Part shown: piece by piece, positions 49,014 to 57,035 of the stretch | How the letters are laid out: the number at the start of each line of letters is the position of its first letter | Position numbering within the stretch: the first letter of the stretch is position 1 | Assembly (NCBI GenBank): GCA_050633245.1 | Contig: JBOEGD010000007.1 | Coordinates: 283,624-347,623, forward strand | Length of the DNA: 64,000 nucleotides | Direction: 5' to 3' | Source of the DNA: Calditrichia bacterium | Lineage (GTDB): Bacteria; Calditrichota; Calditrichia; RBG-13-44-9; J075 | Position numbers and translations under genes: made by a program | Notes under the pieces: model-generated | The model's input: only the letters and a program-made list of their open reading frames with translations | The model's database searches: none | What the model was told of the DNA's origin: nothing

Positions 49014-50102
49014 CTAATCAAACACGCTAAGAGGAACCGATACAATGAGCCGCTTGGGATAATCAACATAGTACAAGTTAGCTCCCAAAACACGGAGCCC
49101 TTCAGTAGAAATGGCTGGGTGGATACGTGATTCCAGCATCTCTCCCGTGTTTAAGTTAAACCGGTCAATCATATTCACACCATTTAAATCAGTAGATAGG
49201 TCGGTAGTATAGAGAATCCCGTTATCAGAGATACTCATAAAATACCCTCTTTTGGGATATGGAATTGTTTCCAGAAGATTGCCGTCGTAGTCGAAGCGTC
49301 CGATAAAATCTCCACCATCCGCCCAGAAAAGTATGAAAAGCGCCCCCTGCCACACGTCCATTCCAAAAACACCCAGATAATTAATGGAACTAAAATCAAA
49401 GAGAAGATCTGTTTCACCACTGTTGCGAACATAGCGCCGCACCTGCGATCCACCGCCCGGCTCAAAAAAGAGATAGTCGTCCCCAACAGCGATGTGATTC
49501 CCTCCATTGTAGCCAACCGTTTCTCCAGCTCGTAAATCAGCAAAACGATATTCATACGTACCAAGCGCCCCCGTGGGGTGAAAGAAAACCGACGTTCCGG
49601 TAATTTCAAAGTCCTGTAGTTGCATTTTTAATATCGTGGTGCCATTGGCGAGCTTATCTGCCTCAATATAAATTTCTGCTTCCGGGTAAGGGTAGCTAAG
49701 CATATATGCGGATGTATCAACCCCTACACGCTCCCCATTGCTTAACTCGTAGAAAATGCGAATCTGTGCGTCCACAACATCATCCGGCACTTTCCCGCTA
49801 AGGTCGAAATTCAAATAGAACCTGTTGCCGTTTCCAATATATGTCGGTTTAATCGTATCGATGCCCGTATAGTGGCCATTCTTTTCAGCTAACAAATAGA
49901 CTGTTTCAACCAGCTGTTGACTCACCACGATTTGGTTTTCACTACGAACATTCACGCTGTCGTAAAAGGTTTGCTCGATAGAAAAGTTATTCCAACGAGT
50001 TGTATCTGCAGGCAAGTCTCCCGAAACGCCGTTTTCAGAGCATGCCCCGATAAGCAGGCATAGAACGCCGGCAAGAATAAAGGAAAGGTGTGTTCCCTGC
50101 AT
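49014..50102 (-). CDS. Hypothetical lipoprotein, beta-rich (possibly beta-propeller) C-terminus
   Basis: Lipobox LIGAC; GGAG RBS; short beta-strand-like repeats; no family recognised. Confidence 0.7.
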   Translation of the reverse strand: MQGTHLSFILAGVLCLLIGACSENGVSGDLPADTTRWNNFSIEQTFYDSVNVRSENQIVVSQQLVETVYLLAEKNGHYTGIDTIKPTYIGNGNRFYLNFDLSGKVPDDVVDAQIRIFYELSNGERVGVDTSAYMLSYPYPEAEIYIEADKLANGTTILKMQLQDFEITGTSVFFHPTGALGTYEYRFADLRAGETVGYNGGNHIAVGDDYLFFEPGGGSQVRRYVRNSGETDLLFDFSSINYLGVFGMDVWQGALFILFWADGGDFIGRFDYDGNLLETIPYPKRGYFMSISDNGILYTTDLSTDLNGVNMIDRFNLNTGEMLESRIHPAISTEGLRVLGANLYYVDYPKRLIVSVPLSVFD

Positions 50103-50170
50103 CTTTTGCTCCCTAATTATCAGATTTGTTAAAAAGCTATTCGGTAGTCCCGGCGCCTTTCTGAAAAAAT

Positions 50171-50764
50171 CTATTTTTTCTTCAGGAGCTCTTCGATATG
50201 AGCAGCAATTTCTTCTTTGCCAATTCGGGCGGCAGACGAGGTGAGAATAATACGGGGATTCGATTTCAATTCAAGAGACTCGTTTATACGCTTGGTCAGC
50301 GTTTTTTTTTCCTGTCCCTTTAGTTTATCAAGTTTTGTTGCGATTAGAGTGAACGGAATATTCTCATATTCAAGCCACTCCAGCATTTGTTCATCATTTG
50401 ACTTTACTCCAAAGCGTCCATCGAGAAGCACAAACAGGCGCTTCAAATTCGGGCTATTCACTAAGTATCCTTCGAGAGCAACTTTCCAGCTATTTTGCTC
50501 AGCCTTCGAGGTTTTAGCAAATCCATAGCCGGGCAGATCAACAAGATAAATCTTTTCGTCAATATCGAAGAAGTTGATTAAGCGGGTTTTGCCGGGGGAT
50601 TTACTAACGCGGGCGAAGTTCTTAATATTAACCAGCGAGTTAATAAGTGATGATTTACCTACGTTCGATCGCCCGACAAAGGCAAATTCTGGTCGTGGCA
50701 CATCCGGACCGTCTTTCCAGTCCAACGTACTCTTAATAAATTTGGGATTAATAAATCGAAACAC
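50171..50764 (-). CDS. yihA: Ribosome biogenesis GTPase YihA/EngB
   Basis: GRSNVGKSS, PGKT, DLPGYG, TKLDK; GTG start at 50764 after GGAG. Confidence 0.95.
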   Translation of the reverse strand: MFRFINPKFIKSTLDWKDGPDVPRPEFAFVGRSNVGKSSLINSLVNIKNFARVSKSPGKTRLINFFDIDEKIYLVDLPGYGFAKTSKAEQNSWKVALEGYLVNSPNLKRLFVLLDGRFGVKSNDEQMLEWLEYENIPFTLIATKLDKLKGQEKKTLTKRINESLELKSNPRIILTSSAARIGKEEIAAHIEELLKKK

Positions 50765-50840
50765 GTTCTCTCCTTTTGCAACAGTCAACAGTATACGCAT
50801 ATAATGATGCAGATGGAAGAGTGAAAAAAGCATAGGAGAC

Positions 50841-50876
50841 AAAAAAAGCCGCGCTGATGAGATTACCAGCGCGGCT
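50841..50876 (-). terminator. Intrinsic terminator after trxA
   Basis: AGCCGCGCTG-N10-CAGCGCGGCT plus U-tract on the minus strand. Confidence 0.85.
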
Positions 50877-50898
50877 AGAAAGACTTACAAGCTGTGTG

Positions 50899-51225
50899 CT
50901 AGACGGCTACGGCGTCTAACTTTGCTTCAATAACCGGTTTGGGCTGTGCACCCATAATGGTTTCCACCACTTCGCCGCTCTTGAAGATCAGTAGTGTAGG
51001 AATACTTCGAATGCTATATTTTGCAGCTATATCACGATGTGAATCCACATCAAGTTTACCAATTTTCACTTTGCCTTCATACTTGCCGGCAAGCTCTTCA
51101 ATTACCGGAGCAATCATTTTACACGGTCCGCACCAGGCGGCCCAAAAGTCTACAAGCACCGGCACATCTGCGCCAATCACTTCAGCATCAAAATTATCTT
51201 GAGTTATCTCAATTGCTTTGCCCAT
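50899..51225 (-). CDS. trxA: Thioredoxin
   Basis: DFWAAWCGPC, SIPTL; AAGGAG RBS. Confidence 0.97.
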   Translation of the reverse strand: MGKAIEITQDNFDAEVIGADVPVLVDFWAAWCGPCKMIAPVIEELAGKYEGKVKIGKLDVDSHRDIAAKYSIRSIPTLLIFKSGEVVETIMGAQPKPVIEAKLDAVAV

Positions 51226-51333
51226 TTAGGTTCTCCTTATCATAGAAACTTTTTATACACTCACATTAGTCACTAGCGTAATTTGCTAACTGTAATATTA
51301 GACTCAATCAAACAACAAAAGTTACAATTGACT

Positions 51334-53676
51334 TTATCTTCGCTGCTTTGAATTTCGTTGTTTTCTCCAGGCGACCTTTTCTTCAAAGATGTCTTCGCCT
51401 GCCAGCTCAAAATCAACTGCACCTGTTGAAACCGTGCTTTCATCGGTATTGGCCTCTTTATCTGCCCCCAGATTATCGGCTGCAGCCACCTGAGAATTAT
51501 CTGCAAAGGTTAGTGGCTGTGTCTTTGCACGCGCCATACTTACGTATTCAGAAGCAAGGGGGTAACGATCAATAAGCATTTTGTAAGCATTTAGGGATGA
51601 ATCGGTTTGTTGAAAGTCGTATTCAAAAATCCATGCGCGTGCATATTGCGCTTTCGCTGAGACCTCAAGCGACGTATCGACCCGGGCAATTTGCGAATAT
51701 GTATTGAAGGCCTGTTGCACAGAGCCATCGAAATAGAGCTTCTCTGCCTCTCTAAACAGTTTCTCTGCCTGCTCTTCCTTCGTTTTCAGAACATCTTTCT
51801 GAATAATACCACGGGCTTGTAAAATATCTCTTGAGAAGAGAGAATTTGGATATTCATTAACCAGGATTTTTTCCAGCGAATCTACGAGCGTCGGATCTTC
51901 ATATCCTTCCAACTCATGAATGTAAATAAGCGAGTAGACGGCCTTAGGAGTTAATACAGAATCATCATAGGTGCTGAGGAACTCCTGATAGTAATGGGAT
52001 GCAGAGTCTTCATTTTCAACTTTTAGCAAATAATATTCCGCGAGTGCAAATCGATTATTCATATAGTCAAATTCAATTTGCGGCAGCTTTCGTTTTTCCA
52101 GCGGTTTTTTCTTCTTATCCGGTTCTTTAGAACGATTGCCGGAAGTGCGATCGGTATCATCCTCATCGTCGTCCAGTCCTTCGCGATCGCGTCCTCTGCC
52201 GAAGTCATCACGACGACCATCTTCATCGGGTGGTTCGGCACGATTGTCATCGTTTCGTCGCACGTCTTCATTGGCGGCAAATGGATCAGGATTTGTGTTT
52301 GAGGCCTGTTTCAAAGAGTCAGGCACATTCTGCCCATTGGTTTGAGATGTATCTCTTAACGCTGCAGCAATGGGGTCCTCTTCCTCATTTTCATCCTCAT
52401 CGTCTTCAAGGTCTTCCGGATCTGCCGTTGGATTTATCAACTTCTCTGCCAGCCGGACAGAGTCATCGAACTGAGCCCGATAAAGAGAATCGCGAAAGGT
52501 TTCATCATAGGTCAGTCGACTGATAAGTTTTTCTTCATTATCAATTTTATCGCGAATTTCTTTAAACTCACCAAGAAAGCGGCTCTTGTTCTGTACTGCT
52601 TCCAGGCTATCGTAGCGCCCAAACAGCGTTTTCACTTTACTGTAATAGGTTACAGCGCTATCGATGTCATTAAAAGTATATTCATAAAGTCGTGCCAGAT
52701 TCACAGCGGCCTGAGCCGTGCCGGAACTGGAACGACGATCGCGAACAATCTCGCGATATGTTTCAACGGCATCATCGAGCAGTCCCTGCCTTTGATAGTT
52801 TTCGCCGATTGCATTACGAATCACCGGAATAAATGTTTGAAATCTGGGAGCTGTAAGCATTTTTCTCAGCAGCTTATTCGCGTCATCATACTGCTCTAGT
52901 CTGGCCAGCGTTTTTGCGCGCTGCAGGCGAGACTGATAATCGGTTGCAACTGAAGGCTGATACTTTTCAACATCTTGATATTGCTTCAGTGCTTCCTTGT
53001 ATTTTTTTTGGATATAATACGATTCACCGAGATTATAGTGAAGCCGGGATCTATCTTCATCACTTATATCTTCTTTTAACGCATCTTCAAGATGGCTGAT
53101 GGCTTCCTGATAGTCTTGATTTTCGAAAGCAAAGAGGCCAAGCTCAAGATTTGCCTGAGATCGGATATTACCATCTTTACTTGAAGACAAAACGTTGCGA
53201 AACAGGCGATTTGCTTCATCAACATCGTTTTCGCGTAAGAGTGTTTTAGCGTAAAAGAGGTTTGCTTCGGCGAGAAGGTCACTGCGCGGATACTTTTTTA
53301 AAAATTGATCGAGGTGAAGTTTGGCGCTGGAGTATTTTTGCAGATGGAACTCGCTTTTGGCAATGTAAAGTAACGCATCGTCTGCATACTTATTTTCATC
53401 GGAATATATCTCAATGAGTTTCCAGCACTTCTCGATTGTTGTCTCAAAAAACTTTTTTGAAGAATTGGCAGAATTATTTCGACCCAGGTTTTTCGAATTG
53501 GCCGAGTTGCCACCCGCCTTCTCAAGTTCTTTTATGCCATCGTTATAACTCTGCTTGGCATTAAAAAGCGTATTATAATATGCACAGCTGCTCAGAAAAA
53601 CGAGCAGGGTGATACAGCTGGTGAGGCGAATAAAGTGCAGCGGCGTTTCGCTCCATCGAACTGAATACTTCGGCAT
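51334..53676 (-). CDS. Large TPR lipoprotein (SprE/PorW-like) with an acidic low-complexity insert
   Basis: FLSSC-AYYNTLFNAK lipobox; KYADDALLYIAKS; many TPR helices; D/E/R-rich segment. True start uncertain. Confidence 0.75.
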   Translation of the reverse strand: MPKYSVRWSETPLHFIRLTSCITLLVFLSSCAYYNTLFNAKQSYNDGIKELEKAGGNSANSKNLGRNNSANSSKKFFETTIEKCWKLIEIYSDENKYADDALLYIAKSEFHLQKYSSAKLHLDQFLKKYPRSDLLAEANLFYAKTLLRENDVDEANRLFRNVLSSSKDGNIRSQANLELGLFAFENQDYQEAISHLEDALKEDISDEDRSRLHYNLGESYYIQKKYKEALKQYQDVEKYQPSVATDYQSRLQRAKTLARLEQYDDANKLLRKMLTAPRFQTFIPVIRNAIGENYQRQGLLDDAVETYREIVRDRRSSSGTAQAAVNLARLYEYTFNDIDSAVTYYSKVKTLFGRYDSLEAVQNKSRFLGEFKEIRDKIDNEEKLISRLTYDETFRDSLYRAQFDDSVRLAEKLINPTADPEDLEDDEDENEEEDPIAAALRDTSQTNGQNVPDSLKQASNTNPDPFAANEDVRRNDDNRAEPPDEDGRRDDFGRGRDREGLDDDEDDTDRTSGNRSKEPDKKKKPLEKRKLPQIEFDYMNNRFALAEYYLLKVENEDSASHYYQEFLSTYDDSVLTPKAVYSLIYIHELEGYEDPTLVDSLEKILVNEYPNSLFSRDILQARGIIQKDVLKTKEEQAEKLFREAEKLYFDGSVQQAFNTYSQIARVDTSLEVSAKAQYARAWIFEYDFQQTDSSLNAYKMLIDRYPLASEYVSMARAKTQPLTFADNSQVAAADNLGADKEANTDESTVSTGAVDFELAGEDIFEEKVAWRKQRNSKQRR

Positions 53677-53699
53677 TAAGATCCTCCAGTATGCGATTG

Positions 53700-54461
53700 C
53701 TAATGCGATCGCAGTTTTTTTATTACATTTGCTATGCCGGGCAAAATTTCATCTGCACCAGCTGCAATATGTTCATCGCAAACATCGGTCAATGATGTCT
53801 TCTCGGTATTGATTTCTACCAGATAAGCACCATTTCCTTTAGCCAGAAACGGCAAAGAAGCGGCTGGCTCTACAGTAGAAGATGTTCCGATCGAGAAAAA
53901 AACCTCGGCTTGGGAAGACAGTGTCTGAGCTTTTTCAATCGCATGCTGTGGCAACATTTCACCAAACCAAACCACATCAGGACGAATCAGATTACCGCAG
54001 GAAAGACAGGTTGGCACTTCACCAGGCTGTTCGTTATCCATTCGAGCTATCGCTTCTTCGTCCGCGGGCTTACTACACTCTATGCAGCGATTGCGGGTTA
54101 AGTTCCCGTGAAGTTCAATGATATTTTCGGTACCGGCACGATAATGCAAATTATCGACGTTTTGAGTAATCACCATAAAGTCTTCAAAATGCTGTTCCAG
54201 CTCCGTCAGCGCAAAATGAGCCGTATTCGGTTCAACTTGTGCAACCAGCTGAGAACGCCAGCGATACCACTCCCAGACCAACGAGGGATTACCTAAAAAT
54301 GCTTCGACATTAGCCAACTCATGCGGCTTAAATTTTTTCCAAAGGCCACTGGTTCCGCGAAAGGTAGGAACACCGCTTGCTGCGCTAATACCCGCGCCGG
54401 TTAAAACCACAACATTTGTTGCTGTATAGAGACGTTCGAATAACTTCTTTGATACTGCCAT
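53700..54461 (-). CDS. cobB: NAD-dependent protein deacylase (sirtuin)
   Basis: TGAGISAASGVPTFRG, TQNVDNLH, ELHG, two CxxC, RPDVVWFGE, GTS. Confidence 0.95.
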   Translation of the reverse strand: MAVSKKLFERLYTATNVVVLTGAGISAASGVPTFRGTSGLWKKFKPHELANVEAFLGNPSLVWEWYRWRSQLVAQVEPNTAHFALTELEQHFEDFMVITQNVDNLHYRAGTENIIELHGNLTRNRCIECSKPADEEAIARMDNEQPGEVPTCLSCGNLIRPDVVWFGEMLPQHAIEKAQTLSSQAEVFFSIGTSSTVEPAASLPFLAKGNGAYLVEINTEKTSLTDVCDEHIAAGADEILPGIANVIKKLRSH

Positions 54462-54490
54462 GAACAAAACATCCTTATTATTCGGCGCGC

Positions 54491-54519
54491 AAAAAACAAT
54501 CGTTTCTACGCGACTGTTT
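54491..54519 (-). terminator. Terminator-like hairpin 30 nt upstream of cobB
   Basis: Minus strand AAACAGTCG-CGTAGAAA-CGATTGTTT-TTTG. Confidence 0.55.
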
Positions 54520-54739
54520 ACATCCGTAACGGCCGGATGACTGGTCTGGTTTCCATCAGAGGCAAAAAGAGAAAACGCTTTTTTGCTTAGTCAAACCAGT
54601 TTCGGCAATTATTTGTGAACCTTCACACATCCACCAAAAGAAAAAAATGCTCTTCGAGGACAAAGTCGTTTTTAGTTCAGCTGTCTAATATAAGAAAACT
54701 GCAGGCTGTTATCAATCAGTTGTTCCTCGTGAATGCCGA

Positions 54740-56002
54740 TTAGACAGAGCTGTCTTTTGCCGCATTAGCCGCCCCATATTTTCGAACGAGCCTATTGCGG
54801 CGATGCTTCATTGTTTTCACATACTTAAGTAGCGGTGAACGCGGCGAAAGTTGTCGCAAATTTGTCAGATACATCAGCCCGCTGTCCACTACCGCTATCG
54901 CCAGTTCAAAGTCTTTATCTTCATGTTCAAGTACCTTCGCCAGCTCTTCAACAACTGTGGGGTGAAATACGTTTTGATCAAACAATTCCTGTAGTTCGCG
55001 CTTTGAAGATGGTCGATCACCCAGCTTTTTCATTGCCATCGCGGCCAAATATCGCGCTCTGCTAAACCAGCGGGATTCTTGCCCAAATGTTTCGGTAAGA
55101 TAATTCGCAAGTTCAATGGTTTCCGGAAAATACCCGCCCTTAAATAAATATCGTGAGTAGGAATAAAGGTCATCTGCTTCAGCAAGCTCTTGCGATGGCG
55201 CTTCACAAATTCGCCCCATTCTAGCCGTCAGCAGCACCATATTGACGATGTCGTGGAAATTATGCTCAAGCACGTTACGAAGTAAGAACGCCTGTCTTTT
55301 GCGCATAAATTCAAAGTATAGCTGCGGGATAAGATCACCCGGCACATCCTCAATTCGATGTATGTCTAAAATGTGGCGCTCCAGGCTCTGTAAATCGCAG
55401 GCAGGCAGGCGCTGCTTCCACAGCCTGCGTGCAGCATGAAGCACATCGACATGTAGCATATCCTCCAAAATTGTTTCCTGTCGATTTAACACATATCGTG
55501 TTTTCAGAAGCGGTAAATCGAAGGCCTTGCCGTTAAAGGAAACCGTATACTTATATCCTTGAAAAATCGACTCCAGGTGTTCCAGCATCAACCACTCAGA
55601 AGGAAAATCAGGCAATAGATACTGCCGCACAACAACATGATCGAGTTCGATATGGCCGATACCAACCAAAAAGGCATAGGTCCCGACACCACCGGAAAGG
55701 CCGGTCGTTTCGGTGTCTATAAAGATCGCGTCTCGCAGGTTGCATCCTCCTGGCGGCATTTCCGGAGAGAGTCGATTAAGATGATTCACTTGAAAGCCTT
55801 CTTCCTGCAGGGCTAGAAAGGAGGGGTCGTTGAAGATCGGATAGCTGTTTTCCTTTAAAAGGAAGAAAGAGCGCTTATCGCGAATTGTGCGTATCTGTAG
55901 CTCATGCTCAATTTGGGTAATCCACTCCTCCCCTACCGGGCGATCGTCTTGTTCGCGAGGGGCAGAGGAATCTAATCGGGAAAGTTTATCGCGTAGGCTC
56001 AT
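54740..56002 (-). CDS. YprB/MrfB-like RNase H-fold exonuclease with TPR-like C-terminus
   Basis: FIDTETTGLSGG.GT.AFLVG, SFNGKAFD.PLL..R, HVDVLH.ARRLW, HN..D; start MSLRDKL at 56002. Confidence 0.88.
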   Translation of the reverse strand: MSLRDKLSRLDSSAPREQDDRPVGEEWITQIEHELQIRTIRDKRSFFLLKENSYPIFNDPSFLALQEEGFQVNHLNRLSPEMPPGGCNLRDAIFIDTETTGLSGGVGTYAFLVGIGHIELDHVVVRQYLLPDFPSEWLMLEHLESIFQGYKYTVSFNGKAFDLPLLKTRYVLNRQETILEDMLHVDVLHAARRLWKQRLPACDLQSLERHILDIHRIEDVPGDLIPQLYFEFMRKRQAFLLRNVLEHNFHDIVNMVLLTARMGRICEAPSQELAEADDLYSYSRYLFKGGYFPETIELANYLTETFGQESRWFSRARYLAAMAMKKLGDRPSSKRELQELFDQNVFHPTVVEELAKVLEHEDKDFELAIAVVDSGLMYLTNLRQLSPRSPLLKYVKTMKHRRNRLVRKYGAANAAKDSSV

Positions 56003-56090
56003 CCTAAAACATAAACGTATTTCGTGTCGGAAAAAAGTTCTTTTGCCGAGTATACAGTAATTCTTATGTTTGGGAAAGGAGAAACCAACT

Positions 56091-56978
56091 ATGTCCACTC
56101 TTAATATTGCCCAAATAGATGCTTTTAGCGATCAGGCCTATGGTGGAAATCCATGCGCCGTTATTTTTGATGCTGATGATTTAACCAGTGAACAAATGCA
56201 GGCCATCGCCCTGGAAATGAATCTCTCTGAAACAGCATTCCTCATGAAGTCCAAAATAGCGGATTTTCGGGCACGCTACTTCACTCCGGCAGAAGAAATT
56301 CCGCTGGCAGGCCATCCTACAATATCCTGCGGTTATGCTCTTTGGAAATCTGGCTTGGTCGGCAAAGGCACGTTTCGCTTACAGCTTGAAGCCGGCACTG
56401 TCGAAGTAACCGTCGATACCGCGATTCCGGACAAACCATTAATCTCAATGAAGCAGCTAAAACCACAGTTTCTATCAAAACATGATCCTGCGCGGGTGCT
56501 ACCGGTATTTGGATTAACACCGCATGACTTATTAGAAGACGCGGTGATTCAGACCGTTAGCACCGGAACGCCAATGATGATGATTCCGCTGAGATCACAC
56601 GACAGTCTGCGCGTTGCTGCAATGGACTTCGACGCCTACGATGTTCTGAAGGCAGAAGGCGATTTCTTTAGCCCTCACCTGTTCGTGCTGCAGGGGATTT
56701 CGGAAGAAGCAACAACCTTTGCCCGGCACTTTGGCATTCCGCCAGATACGGTTGAAGATCCATTTACCGGCTCAGCCACTGGCAGCATGTCGGCCTATTT
56801 ATGGAAGCATGGCCTGATAGAAGAACCGCGCTTTATTGCAGAACAAGGTCATTGGATGAAACGTCCGGGAAGGGCGATTGTTGAGGTTATTGGCCCACGG
56901 GAAAATATTGAAGCAGTGAAAATCAGCGGGTATGCGGTTGATATTCTGCGTGGTGAAATAGACGTGCCGCCTATTTAG
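56091..56978 (+). CDS. PhzF family isomerase
   Basis: DAFS...GGNP, EMNLSETAF, RYFTP..E.PLAGHPT, EDPFTGSA, EQG; AAGGAG RBS. Confidence 0.93.
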   Translation: MSTLNIAQIDAFSDQAYGGNPCAVIFDADDLTSEQMQAIALEMNLSETAFLMKSKIADFRARYFTPAEEIPLAGHPTISCGYALWKSGLVGKGTFRLQLEAGTVEVTVDTAIPDKPLISMKQLKPQFLSKHDPARVLPVFGLTPHDLLEDAVIQTVSTGTPMMMIPLRSHDSLRVAAMDFDAYDVLKAEGDFFSPHLFVLQGISEEATTFARHFGIPPDTVEDPFTGSATGSMSAYLWKHGLIEEPRFIAEQGHWMKRPGRAIVEVIGPRENIEAVKISGYAVDILRGEIDVPPI

Positions 56979-56999
56979 ACATTGAATCGGAGCCACTAT

Positions 57000-57023
57000 A
57001 ACCCGTGGCTTAAGCCACGGGTT
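57000..57023. repeat. Perfect 24-bp palindrome between convergent genes (REP-like / bidirectional terminator)
   Basis: AACCCGTGGCTTAAGCCACGGGTT. Confidence 0.8.
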
Positions 57024-57035
57024 AAGAGAACAAAT

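Noticed and set aside
54518-54560. Fluoride riboswitch in the cobB leader
   Set aside because: Has a GATGG hairpin start but lacks the downstream pseudoknot complement and conserved 3' motif.
53700-56002. Sirtuin plus nuclease as an anti-phage (Thoeris/DSR-like) system
   Set aside because: The sirtuin is a standard zinc-binding CobB deacylase, not a SIR2 NADase effector, and the context is housekeeping.
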